A stretch of 36,414 nt of DNA from Chiloscyllium plagiosum (GCF_004010195.1 NW_025214719.1:8991-45404), one strand, 5' to 3'; shown: positions 22,295 through 34,284, counted from the stretch's first letter. Notes: a model not told the origin generated them from the letters alone. Numbers and translations are program-made.

Positions 22295-25200
22295 TCATTC
22301 GAGTCTCAATAACTCATCAGCTTTCACATTTTCGCGACCTGCCACATGCACAATTGTCAGATTGAATGGCTGCAACAACAAGCTCCATCTAAACAGTCTG
22401 GCATTTTTGTCTTTATTTTTTTCCACAAATGTCAATGTGTTGTGATCAGTGTATACGATTGTATCAGACGCATTGCTGGTAATGTAAACACAGTTATGGT
22501 GTAATGCCAACACCAAGTTTAAAGTCTTTTGCTCCACGGTTGAACATTTCTGTTGATGAACGCTCCATTTCCCAAAATAATACCTGATGGGTCTTCCTAT
22601 TCCCTCATCATCCCCCTGCAGGAACACCGGACCGACACCCACATCTCTGGCAACGATAGCCACCTTGAAATTCTTCGTGTGATCTCGTGTAGCTAATTCT
22701 GGGAGCAGTGGCTAATATCGATTCTGTAAAATGCATTTTGACAGTCCTCTGTCCACTGAGAGTTCTTGCCCTTGACAATTCGGTGAGTGGAGCAGCCACA
22801 CTGCTTAAAGTTTGGCACAAACTTTCAGTAAAATCCAGTCAATCCCAGGAACCGTAGTATTACATATTTCTTTTTGTAGACGGTGTGGAACATTCCCCAA
22901 CTACTTTCGTTTTTGTATCTCATGAGGCCATTGGGCATTGTCCAATAGCGTGACCCAGGAACGTGACTTGGGCTTTCTCAAATTCACTTTTAGCTAGGTT
23001 TACCAACAAGCCTGCCTTCTGAAGTCAATCAAACAAGTCTGATAAATGCTGTAAATGTTCCTTTCAGGAGTGGCTAAAAACCACCAGGTCATCAATGTAC
23101 ACCACATAGTTGGGTAATCCGGCATTGACCTTATTATCAGTCTCTGAAATGTGGCTGGATCGTTTTACACACCAAATGCCACAATTGTGAACTGATATAA
23201 TCCATTTGGTGTTATGAAAGCCGAAATTGCATTTACTCTCTCTGACAGAGGTCCTTGCCAGTAGCCTCTGAGCAGGTCCAGCTTAGAAATGTAAGTAGCC
23301 TCTCCCACTTTTTCGACACAGTTCTCTCAGCATGGAATTGGATATGCATCAGTCTTTGTAACGAAGTTGACTTTGTGATAATCCACACATGACCGTTGGG
23401 TGCCATCTGGCTTTGGCACCATGACTATACGTGAGGTCCAGTCATTGTAACTCACATCAATTATGCCATCTTGAGCATGCGCTCTATTCCTTCCGAACCT
23501 GTGCCAATTTTGGAGGGTCATGCCTATAAGGATGTTACTTAATCAGAACAGCATCTCCTGTGTCTAAATCATGCACAATTATGTTCGTACTTCCCAGTTT
23601 TTTTTCCGCATATCTCTCCACGAGATAGTAATAACTCTTTCAGGTCGCTTTGTTTTTCTTGTGGAAGGTAACTCAATAATTTATCCCAATTTTTGACAAC
23701 TTTCTCATTGTTTAATTTGATTTGAGGAATGTCCAATTCAGAATCCTCTGAACTTGGTTCTTCCTTCTGTGCTGTAATCATAAACACGTTCTGCTCTTGC
23801 TTTCCTTCCCTGGCAAAATACCTTTAGAGCATATTCACATGACACACTCTGTGAGATCTTATCCTCTCTGGAGTCCGTATCGAATAGTTCACCTCAGTCA
23901 ATATCTTCCCAATTTGATAAGGTACACTAAAACTTGCTTTTCAAGGCTCAATTTTTACTGGAAGGAACACCAATACTTTACTCCCCATTGCAAAATTGCC
24001 AATTTATGATTTTTGATCCACTTCCTGTTTCATTGTATATTGTGATTCTTTTAAATGCTGTCTACCCAACTCTCCAGCTCTATTTAATCGTTCCCTAAAA
24101 TTTGACACATCATCCAAATGGGTGGTCTCTGAATTCTGACTTATTAATTTCTTCTTAACCAATGGTAATGGTCCTTTTACTTTATGCCCACAAATTAATT
24201 CAAATAGACTGAATTTGGTCCATTCATTCCGTGCGTCCATGATCACAAATAGTTCAAAAGGAATTTCATTATCGCAATCATCTGGATAATCCTGACCGTA
24301 AACCCTCAACATGGTCTTCAGTGTTTGATGTCATCTCGCTCATGCTCCCTGTGATTCCGAATAGTATGCAGTAGATTTGAATTGCTTTATTCCCAAGTTA
24401 CCCATCATCTCCTTGAATAGTTCGGATGTGAGGTTTGATCTGTCTGGAGCTATATTGGTAGTCCGTACCTAGTAAAAAGAATAAGCATGTTTTCTACAAT
24501 TCTTTTAGCTGTGATGCTGCATAATGGGTCTGGCTCTGAAAATCTAGTCGACATATCCATTACTGTTAATAAATACTTATTCCCACTTGTTGTTTTAGGT
24601 AGGGGACTTACACAATCTATCAGGACTCTTGTGAAAGGTTCCTCAAATGCTGGAATAGGTATTAAAGTTGCAGGTTTTATTACATGTTTGAGACGTCTGG
24701 CAAAATTCAACCTCATCTTTATGTCATCCTGGCCAGTGAAAATATCTTTGAATTCCAGCCTGTAATTTCCGAACACCGAAATGATTTCCAAGTGGTAGCT
24801 CATGTGCCACTCGCAGCACCTCCTTTCTATACCCAACAGGCAAAACAATTTGATAAAATTTCTGTCCACGCATGATCTGCTTCAATGAGTGCTGATCTAC
24901 ATATCCGCATTAAGACATCATGTGTTAAGTAATGACATGCAGGAATGCATTAATTCTCTTTCTTGCTAAATGTCTTTTGATATGACTTTTGTAACTCCTC
25001 GTCATTCTGCTGTAATTCAATCTTAGCAGAGCTAAAAATACGTTCATGTTTCCATACTTGCTCCTTCTCTGTTCCACTTATATAGTCTGAAAGAAACTTT
25101 CGGATAACGTCAGTTTCCTTATCTGTGCCTTTATCTTGCTTCAACCTGCGCATTTGTGATCTTCTGATCACGCAATCAGGGAAAATTCCTGGATAAACAT

Positions 25201-26869
25201 TCTCCAGATCTTCAGTTTCCTGCATCTCCACTGGCTTTTCAACTCGAGTAGGCAGCACACCTACCAGTAAATCAGCTACATTATTTGCAAGGACACATTT
25301 TATTCCTGGAGCTGAGAGTTAGGGGTCCAGTACTCCGACCACACATGCTCACTCTTTTCTGGACTACCTAGCCTCACTTTACATAACTGAGCAGTTTTTG
25401 CCTGTTCCCAGCACATTTTCTGGCAATAGTCTCTCAAGAGTGCATAAAGCCTCACCCCTCAGCATTACAGACTGAAAATATCCTGTGTCAATTAATATTG
25501 GATCCTCCTTACCAATTACTCCTGGCCTATGTGAATCAACTTTACCCTTCCATGTAGATTTTTTTACGCAGATTTAGCACGTCCACTGATCATCTTGTAC
25601 ACTCTTAGGCAGTTGTCTAACTCCCCCTATGCTTTTTGTTACTCGTTCAACGAAACTTCCAGGCTTGTCTAGTTATCCTACATCTGGTTTTCTCCCAGCC
25701 CACCAACACTGTGATTTTGTGTGGCCCACTTTATTACAATGAAAACACCATAGTATTTTAACTTCTTTGTCCCCCTCAAGGTTTTCTTTATTACTGTGGT
25801 AAATTATCCTGACGTTCGACACTGTGATCTACCTTTCCCTCCGCACGTGAGGATATCTCTATGCTCCAACTTCTGTCCCACAGAGAGCAGAACTGGTTCT
25901 GAAAAACAAACCAAGTTTATGTTCCAGTTCATAATCATCAGCAATTTCAGCAGCCAAACTTGCTGTTTACACTCTCTGCTATCCCACCTGAGTTTGCACT
26001 ACTTCAGGTAGTGAATTTTTGAATTCCTCCAAATACTAACCTCTCTAAGGGCATTATAGATTTGCTTCAATTCTAATGCTCTTATCCAACTATCGAAATT
26101 AGTCTGTTTGTTCCTTACAAATTCAGTGTAGGTTTGACCAGGATCCTCATTAGATTCCTGAAAGGTTGCATATGCAGACGACATTTTTTAAATCTCCTCA
26201 TACTCCCAGATACCTCCTCTGATAGGGATGTGAATACCTCACCAGCCCTACCTACAAGTTTCGTTTGGATCAACAAAACACATATTGCCTCTGGCCGCTG
26301 CATTTGTTCAACCAACTTTTCAAATGAGATGAAAAGGGCGTCACATTCTTCTCATCAAATTGAGGCAATGCTTGAACATACTCAAACAAATTCTCACGAG
26401 GCTTCTGACTACGGGGGCCTTGTTCATCCTCACTCTCTTCCTTTCTAAGCCCACCCTCAGCCGTTATCTCCGGCCTTTTACACTGACTTTCCTTTTTAAG
26501 TGTCAGTTTTTGCCGTTCAAATGCTCTCTCTTTCTCTCTCCCCTGCTGCTCTCTCTTTTCCCTCCTCTTCTGCATTTTATCGTAAGTCAAGTGTTTCATT
26601 TTGGCTGCCCTTTCCTTACCTCTCGACGCTAACTCAAGATGTTTCATTTGCAACTGAATTCTTGCCATCTCTATGGATTCTGATGGTTTATCCAGCAAGT
26701 TTAATTGATGAGCTACTGCTGTAATTATCTCTCCTCTCCTCACAGAAGCAGTCCGTTCCAATTCCAGCTTCTCTGCTAATTCTTGCAAATTGGTCTTATT
26801 CACTTTTCGTAAAATTTCCAAAGTCACTGCATGCACACCCAGGAAATGTTTGGCGACTGAAATAGTCAT
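22295..26869 (-). pseudogene. Fragmented gag-pol polyprotein of the Gypsy element
   Basis: Gag ATG at 26869 (MTISVAKHFLG). SCAN-like segment PGQTYTEFVRNKQTNFDSWI (25999-26184). INT PFTRVLIDCVSPLPKTTSGNKYLLTVMD. RT VMVPKPDGTQRSCVDYHKVN. RH VYTDHNTL...RWSLLLQPFNLTIVHVAGRENVKAD. Many frameshifts and stops. Confidence 0.9.
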
Positions 26870-26947
26870 TACTATTCGAAGCTTTGTCAACCCAATCAAA
26901 CTAATACCCGAACTAAAGACACTAGCACCTCCCACTCGCTGTTGAAA

Positions 26948-26966
26948 ATCCAGCAATGAGCCCCCA
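26948..26966 (-). other. Primer binding site, tRNA-Pro-like
   Basis: TGGGGGCTCATTGCTGGAT, 3 nt downstream of the 5' LTR. The canonical tRNA-Pro PBS is TGGGGGCTCGTCCGGGAT. Confidence 0.75.
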
Positions 26967-26969
26967 GTC

Positions 26970-27634
26970 TGTTATGGACGAGGCTAGACCACTCAAAACA
27001 TTCTTAAGCAAGCAGCCCAGAGCATAACTTTGCAGTTTATTTCGGTCATTATCCAATGAATATTATCCGGAGTAATTTAGCTAGGGTGACTACTAAATTT
27101 TAAATCAGACAAGAACGTTATTCACAAAGTTACACAATGAAACACAAAGAACAGAATAAAGAACCCCTACAGAATTCAACCTATCCAGCTTGACTTAATT
27201 ATGCTATTCCAAATACACACAATAGTCCCAATAATCAAACTTCCTTGAGAAAACGTTATAATGGAACGCATGTTTCCAGGTTGAAACTGAAGGGCAGAAA
27301 AGAGAGAGAGTTTCCACACAGCTCCCAGTTGAACGTCCTAGTTCAAGACTCAACTGAAAACTGCTCAGCTCAACTCAACTCAGCTAGCTCAGCTAAAAGA
27401 GCTGCCAACTCCCCGTTCATTATACAGGTCACTTCTAAAGCATGACCACTTTGGCCTGTAGTTCATCTGTTTACATATGTATAGAAGGCCTCTGAAAATC
27501 CCTTGCATGTCTGTACCAAACCAGACTGATCGTAGCCTGGCCCCGTTTTATTAACCCTCTGAAAAACATCAAGGACAGTGTCTACTTGAGCCAATGAACA
27601 GCTTTTAGCCAAAAAGAAGGATTGGTTTGTGACA
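26970..27634 (-). repeat. 5' LTR (665 bp)
   Basis: On the + strand it runs TGTTATGGACGAGGCTAGACC...TTTGTGACA, with TG...CA termini. Confidence 0.93.
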
Positions 27635-27840
27635 GAGAAGACAGGCTAGTGTTCTGTATGGAGGTCAGAAGCTGGTGGGAATGGTTAATACTATCAGAGT
27701 GTGGCTGATGACAGATTTGTGAACAACATGATGTTCAATTCAGGGTCACACACCAACTGCACATCAAGTCAGCGAGAGTTCATTCAGAACCTGGAGTTCT
27801 CTCTCAACCAACATGGGGGCTCCATAGAGCTCTGTAAACT

Positions 27841-27995
27841 GTCATAGAGTCATAGAATCCTATAGCACAGAGACAGGCCCATTAGCACAAACTAGTTCAT
27901 GCTGATCAAAATGTCCATCCATGCTAACCCCATTTCCCTGCGCTTGGTCCATATCCTTCTAAATCTTTCCTAACTATATATTTGTCCAAATGTGA
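27841..27995 (-). mobile_element. CR1/HER1 3'-tail fragment
   Basis: (GTCATAGA)2 tail repeat, then ACAGAGACAGGCCCATTAGC...CCATATCCTTCTAAATCTTTCCT. Confidence 0.7.
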
Positions 27996-28349
27996 AGACA
28001 CATATCATGGAAAACATGTTCTATCTAATGCTATCCGTGTTTTGTTTTGGAAATAATGAGTGTTGATTGATAACACTCCAGTGTTAATGCAATCACGTTT
28101 TATTCTTTTTGTAGCGTTACAGATTAAACACTCATTCCCTTCACATTCTCCTCATGGTACCATCACCGCAGGGATTAATCTGGTGAAACTCCAATACACC
28201 GTCTCTCTGTGGCAAGGAGATCATTGATTATAAATGAAAGAAAATACTGTCTCAAGTACATTCCACAACTGCAGGACGGTGTCTTCACTCTTCTACTTTA
28301 ATCATTTTGTAATGAACGCTCCTCCTCATTTATTGTGCTGATTATTTGC

Positions 28350-28460
28350 TGAGTCATAGAGTCATAGAGATGTACAGCATGGAAACAGATCCTTCGGTCC
28401 GACCCGTCCATGCCGACCAGATATCCCAACCCAATCTAGTCCCACCTGCCAGTACCCGAC
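28350..28460 (-). mobile_element. CR1/HER1 3'-tail fragment
   Basis: GAGTCATAGAGTCATAGAGATGTACAGCATGGAAACAGATCCTTCGGTCC...CTAGTCCCACCTGCCAG. Confidence 0.8.
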
Positions 28461-28660
28461 TGCTCTGTATGAATTCTGTTAGTGCCTCATGATCAAGGAC
28501 ATCCAGCTTCTTTTCACCAAGAGCACTTCCCATCATCTCTTCTTCTCATAAATACAAAATGAGAAGGATGGCATTTTTTGCCAATCATTTATTTGCCTTA
28601 TGAAGCAAAGTCACACCAACAACAACATCACTGTTGCCCTTGGAGTTGATTGGAGATACT

Positions 28661-29128
28661 GAGGAGGCGATGATCTAGCTGTATTATCTCTGATAATGAA
28701 TCCAGGGATCCAGGTAATGACCCAGACACCGGATTTGCTTTCCACCTTGGCAAATGTTGGAAATTGAATTCAATAAAATATCAGGAATTAAGGATCAAAT
28801 GAAACAATGAAACCATTGTCGATTGTCCTACCTGGCACCCTCCTGCCCTTCAGGAAAGGAAATCTACCATCTACAGCAGGTCGGGCTGATATGTACCTCC
28901 ACAGCAATGTGGTTAACTCTCAGTTGCAGTTTGAAATAGCCAAGCCAGCCACTCAGTTATATCAGTCACTTCAAAGCCTCAGAGAAAAGAAATCGCATGG
29001 ACCTCAGCACTGACTACTTACAGCCCACGCACTGCAGTGGGTCAGGAAGGCAGCTCACCAAACTCTTCTCAAGGGCAACGAGGAAAGGGAATTAAATACT
29101 GGACCAGCATCCCATTAATGAATAAAAG
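28661..29128 (+). mobile_element. SacSINE1-like Deu-domain SINE (tRNA head, L2-type tail)
   Basis: Head GGAGGCGATGATCTAGCTGTATTATC; core GAATTCAATAAAA...ATGAAACCATTGTCGATTGTC...CCACAGCAATGTGGTTAACTCT; tail CTGCAGTGGGTCAGGAAGGCAGCTCACC...TTCTCAAGGGCAA...AATGAATAAAA. Confidence 0.75.
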
Positions 29129-29414
29129 ACGATGATCACACCCAGGGAAGAGAGAAAAACAGACATAAATAACTTCAAACAGGGACTTTGACACATACCT
29201 TACATAGTCATGATTATCAGTAATATGGGAAGAGGAAAAACATAAGTAATGTTTAATTTTTTTTTATTTCCATCCCAGCTGATCATCACCAATCTCTTTG
29301 TTAGCTTCTTTCTCTCTATCTCTCTCTTTTTCTATCTATTCAACTCAGTCCTTCTCCCCTTCATAACAGATGTTGGGTGCCACCAACATCAATCACACGA
29401 TTTCCCAACTGTGT

Positions 29415-29560
29415 TCACTTCTGATGCATGGTCATTGGAATCGAATTGCCAATTCTATTTTTCTCTCAAACCGAGGGGGCTGCTAAATCTGTTCAGTTTG
29501 TCTGGCACTTTCTCGTTCTTTATTAGCTCTGAGCTGTTGCATCATTCTTTGCTTTATTTA
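29415..29560 (+). mobile_element. Decayed PLE pLTR fragment
   Basis: TTCTGATGCATGGTCATTGG...GCTGCTAAATCTGTTCAGTTTGTCTGGCACTTTCT; homologous to 34125-34260. Confidence 0.5.
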
Positions 29561-29584
29561 ACCTTTAATTTTATTATTACTTGA

Positions 29585-29950
29585 AATGTCTGCATCGCTG
29601 ACAGGGGCAGCATTTGTTGACCTAACCAAATGTCATTTACTGCGAGGTCATTCTTTCAGGCAGTACAGAACCAAGCACATTCCTGCGGGTCTCACATCAA
29701 TCTTAAGCCAGACCAGATAATAACGCACGATCTATTTACCAAAGGACATCAGTGAAATAGACAAACGTATAGACAAAATGCTGGAGGTGTTATGGATGTT
29801 ATTAGTAAAACTTGTTTTTTTTTTCCAATTCCTGTCTTGTGTATTTACTTTCTGACATCGTCCGTGGTAGGATGTGGATTAGTGTCTTTCTGTGTAATAA
29901 CATATGCATCAGAATTACATTTCTTCCGACATTACTGCTCTGAGAGTGTT
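29585..29950 (-). mobile_element. SacSINE1-like Deu-SINE, decayed
   Basis: Reverse-orientation match to 28661-29128 (GCAGCATTTGTTGACC...AAAGGACATCAGTGAA...CCGTGGTAGGATG). Confidence 0.6.
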
Positions 29951-30396
29951 CCTGTCATTAAGTTATTTTAGAGACAAGAACAAAGTTGTGATCGGAATAT
30001 TTGCAACTCAAAGAGTGCTTAGAAGAGAGGTGGAACCATAACGTCTGAATTTTACCAAAGCATAGATAATGGATAATTAAGCTACAGCATTGAAACCAAG
30101 ATGGTGACTGGGCATATAATTTAGCTGGTAGTGGATAGGTTTTGTAGTGGGCAGAATACCGAGACATAATGAAATCAGGGAAGAAATGTACTTCGGTATT
30201 GTGAATAGTCTCGTTCTCAGATGTTTGTGAGGGCGGGGGTGTTGGCGGTTCTGAAATCTGTGGGAAATGAATTGAATTTGCATTTGAAACTGAAGATAAT
30301 AGTTTCCGTCTTTGTCAAATATAGATAAAAGAAATAGCAAAGAAGTTCGCCATGGTTGAAGAGATAAATAAATGGATAGAGATGAAGAACACTTAC

Positions 30397-30763
30397 CAGG
30401 AACACCAACAATAGCGAGGACAGGATAGTAACCCGCCTGGATAATCATCAGGGCACCATATATCCGAAATGATAATGTTGACCGAGGCCAGGAAAAATAG
30501 AAAAGTCCCTCGGATAAACTCCTGTCCATTGTTGCAGCATTCCAGTCTAATGTTCGCAGATTCTGATCCATGAATGGATCATTCCAGACTATACTACGAT
30601 GTTTAAATCTCCTTTTTCTGTCTCTGCAGCTGCTGATCCCTTTGAGCATTGGAGTTGATGCATCTGCTGCTACAATGGCATAAACCATTGCAAGAGGCCC
30701 CTTACTAAAAGGAGACGGAAAACATCCAGTGACACAACTAGGATCCATGGAGACTGGCATCAA
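30397..30763 (-). CDS. First coding exon of a GPR139/GPR142-like class A orphan GPCR (N-terminus plus first half of TM1); true start may be 30763, 30571 or 30529
   Basis: The open frame ends IIQAGYYPVLAIVGVP, the TM1 signature of this family (YYxxLxxxGxP-x-N). It is followed immediately by a consensus phase-1 donor CCTG|GTAAGT (intron starts at 30396). The ORF-track extension to 30077 is intron read-through. Confidence 0.8.
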
Positions 30764-31250
30764 TCACAGTCACTGAACAAACAGCTCCATTTAACCCCTT
30801 TCAGTATGGTTCCTTCAGTTCACAAAAACTACTGGACTGGATTGAATGTTGGCACCGCTGGCTATTGATCACATCTCCCATCACCCATTGCTCTCGTGAA
30901 GTTGGTAGTGAGGGAGAATGATGCATTGTTTCTTATCGCAGGCTAGATGATTCTGCTGCGTTGTCCGTTTGCAATACTGTAACTGGCTGAACGTCCCACC
31001 ACCACCTCCCTCAAAAACCACAATCTACATGCTGTTACCGTGCAGATCTCTTCTCGACTAGAATAGGCACCAACCAATAAATTTACAGTGGATATGTTTG
31101 CACTCCAAAACATAGGAAATGTGATTTGCCTTGGCATTCCTCTAATTGATCTAATAAGGCAATTTTGTATCTTCAACACTCAATGTGCTTCAGCATCTTT
31201 TTAAAATATAAACTCACAAACACCTTAACATACTTTATTAAGCACAAGTT
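30764..31250 (-). promoter_or_regulatory. Putative promoter region of the GPCR exon, conserved with 534-1015
   Basis: Paralog-conserved block 30815-30925, TATA-like TTAAAT at 30789-30794, TCAAT at the position where the paralog has CCAAT. Confidence 0.4.
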
Positions 31251-31456
31251 TCTTCACTTTCTCCTCATGGTAGCATCATGCCAGGGTTTAGTCTGGTGAA
31301 AGCCCTTTGGACTGAAGCGCTGACAAGATCAGTATTTATAAGGCTGATTCAGCCTGAACACAATACACCTAACAGTCTCTCAACAAAATACTATCATTGG
31401 GAAAGATACATTTACTCTAGTACTTGTATCATTTTGCATGAAGAGCCACATATCAT

Positions 31457-31789
31457 TTAGATTAGATTAGATTACAGTGTGGGAACAGGCCCTTCGGCCC
31501 AACAAGTTCACACCGACCCGCCGAAGCGAAACCCACCCATACCCCGACATTTATCCCTTACCTACCACTACAGGCAATTTAGTATGGCTTATTTACCTGA
31601 CCCTGCAGGTCTTTGGATGGTGGGAGGAAACCGGAGCACCCGGAGGAAACCCACGCAGACACGGGGAGAACGTGGACACTCCACACAGTCAGTCGCCTGA
31701 GGCGGGAATTTTACCCGGGTCTCTGGCGTTGTGAGGCAGCAGTGCTAACCACTGTGCCACCGTGCCGCCCACTATGCCACCGTGCCGCC
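31457..31789 (-). mobile_element. HE1-type V-SINE with (TCTAA)n tail and duplicated 5' end
   Basis: (TTAGA)3 tail, ACAGGCCCTTCGGCCCAACAAG, GGAGGAAACCGGAGCACCCGGAGGAAACCCACGCAGACACGGGGAGAAC, GCTAACCACTGTGCCACCGTGCCGCCC. Confidence 0.9.
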
Positions 31790-31829
31790 TGCTGCTGCGT
31801 AAAAATTCTGTTTGTGACTTATGACCAAG

Positions 31830-32670
31830 CACATCCAGGTCTGTTTCAACAACAGCACTTCCCAACCTCTCACTATTTAAAGAACATAAATGTGAATGAT
31901 GATATTTTATGTTCATATCTGAAATATTTTATATCTTCCGAAGAGCTATTGCCAAAGCACTGATCGTTCTGATACCCCAGAGCCTTCACTCCAGATAATT
32001 ATACGACTCTCTTCATTCTCTCGATTATCCAACTTTTAATACATTCGGTGTATTCCACCCCTACCTACCCATGGACTCTAACATTCCCCACTCACCTGTA
32101 TTCAACCATGACAAACGTCTGCTTAAAATTCAAATACTTCATCCCCACTGGTTCTCAATTGTCGATGTCACAACGGACAACCTCCACAAAGTCCNNNNNN
32201 NNNNNNNNNNNNNNNNNNNNNNNNNNNNNNNNNNNNNNNNNNNNNNNNNNNNNNNNNNNNNNNNNNNNNNNNNNNNNNNNNNNNNNNNNNNNNNNNNNNN
32301 NNNNNNCACATCCAGGTCTGTTTCAACAACAGCACTTCCCAACCTCTCACTATTTAATGAACATAAATGTGAATGATGATATTTTATGTTCATATCTGAA
32401 ATATTTTATATCTTCCGAAGAGCTATTGCAAAAACACTGATCCTTCTGATACCTCAAAGTTTTCACTCCAGATAATTATACGACTCTCTTCATTCTCTCG
32501 ATTATCCAACTTTTAATACATTCGGTGTATTCCACCCCTACCTAACCATGGACTCTAACATTCCCCACTCACCTGTATTCAACCATGTCAAACGTCTGCT
32601 GAAAATTCAAATACTTCATCCCCACTGTTCTCAATTGTCGATGTCAAAACGGACAACCTCCACAAAGTCC
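31830..32670. repeat. 365-bp direct duplication (31830-32194 / 32307-32670) flanking a 112-N gap (32195-32306)
   Basis: Both copies run CACATCCAGGTCTG...CACAAAGTCC at about 96% identity, and both abut the gap exactly. Confidence 0.9.
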
Positions 32671-32689
32671 AGCAGATTTATTACAGATC

Positions 32690-33130
32690 AAGATCATTTC
32701 CCCTTCCTGAATCTAGATTGACTCTACCGAATCATGACATTATTTTCCAAGGGTCTAGTTGTCACATTCCTCACAAAAGGTTCCAATGTTTTTCTCACAG
32801 CTTGCATTAAGCTAACCAGTGTTTAGTTTGCTGTTTGCTCTCTCCGTCCTGTTTTAAATATTTAGGTGTACAATAGCTGCTTTCCAGTCTGGAGGATCCT
32901 TTCCAGAATCTAACCAGCTTTGAAGAATAATCAGTAATTCTTTCACAAGCTCTACTGCCACCTCCTCAATACTCTGGGATGTCGCTCATCAGATGCAGCA
33001 ATATACCAACCATAAATTAAATTTGACTTTGAAAGACATAACTTTATTATTTCTAATTTCCTGCTGTTCCTCATTTTCCCCAGTCACTCTGTTCCTTTGT
33101 ACTTCTGGAAGTTTCTTTCTGTATCTTCCT
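32690..33130 (-). mobile_element. Old CR1 RT-region fragment
   Basis: CATTAAGCTAACCAGTGTTTAGTTTG is the reverse of an NYRPVSL-like motif. TTTCCAGTCTGGAGGATCC is the reverse of a PxDWK-like motif. Confidence 0.55.
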
Positions 33131-34284
33131 CAGGGAGATGGACATGGTAAATTGCTCTCAGTGAACAGATTGGTTCTGTCAGCCACTGAATATATCGGAG
33201 GACTGCACTGTGGTGATGAAGGATATGTTACTCACCCCTGCCTGAAAAGTTCCAGAATTAATCCAGTTTAATTTATGGTGAGCATCGGCACAGTCCTGTC
33301 ACCGGCGTGAGGCTACACAGTATACTGAAGGAGGGGAAACAGCTCAGTGACCACCTCGATTTTGAAACAAAGTGGTTTCGTACCTGACACCTGGTCCAGC
33401 TGAGACAAATTTCCCGAGAAATCCCAGGAAAGATAATGTACTGTACTACACCTCCCTATTTATCGAGCTTTCCTTCTGTGGAGCCTCATCTCCTTTTGTT
33501 TAGCATGGACCCCGACACTCTGTAAATGCAATGTATAGAGTGGGGTCACCAGATTCAGCAGCTGACAAAACAAACCCGAGACAAGCATCCACAGAAACTC
33601 CACTGATTTTCCAATGACAGGATGAAGTCAATTCCCCACACGGAACGTGCTCGCACTCAGTGTTGAAAAACTATTTCCACTCCAGAGTTTCTGTTCCTGG
33701 CTGGGAAAGCCATTGCATTTCTGCACAGTCCCACAGGAAGAGTTTCTCTCTCCAAAGAAGCAGTTGACAATGTAGTATTATCTTCCTCTATATCTCAGCA
33801 ACTATCAGGGCAGCAGCAGTATTGTTAATTGATTTGATCATCACACTCAGAAGAGAGATAGAGAGAACCTAACTCACTTTAAACAGGGACATATCTAAAT
33901 GGACGCGATATTCAGGAATATGGGAAATTGGGAAACGTGAGAATAACTTGCCATTTGTTTTCCTTTCAGTTCATCATCAGCAATCCCTTTGCTCACTTTT
34001 CATTTCTTTTTCTCTCTTTTTCTGGCCATTTCTCCATCCATTCAATTTAAACCTAGCCCCCACCTCTCTCTCCAAACCAACCATCCATGATACCAGGATA
34101 AATAATATTATTTCCCGGTTTGCTTCCAGTTGCGAAGCAGGGTCACTGGGCTCAAACCGTTATCTGCATTTCTCCTGACAGAGGCTGCCATACCTGCGAG
34201 ATTTTCCAACACTTTCAGACGCTGGAGAATCTTATCAAAGCACCAACCTTTCTTTGATTTATTTCACCTTTAATGCTGTTGTTT

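Larger units (their letters stand above)
21458..27634 (-). mobile_element. Full-length decayed Gmr1-like Gypsy LTR retrotransposon (gag-PR-INT-RT-RH)
   Basis: Two LTRs, 4-bp TSD GAGA (21454-21457, 27635-27638), PBS and PPT. CCHC knuckle CFHCNKVGHTKSQC (25706-25747), protease ILIDTG (about 25485), integrase 24004-24869, RT YIDD (23088-23099), RNase H 22295-22663. Confidence 0.95.

Noticed and set aside
30077..30396. C-terminal half of the 228-aa ORF as real protein
   Set aside because: It lies past a consensus GTAAGT donor at the family's expected intron position, so it is best explained as intron read-through.
31830..32670. 365-bp duplication as a biological repeat
   Set aside because: Both copies end exactly at the gap edges, typical of unmerged contig or haplotype overlap. 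The roughly 4% difference leaves some doubt.
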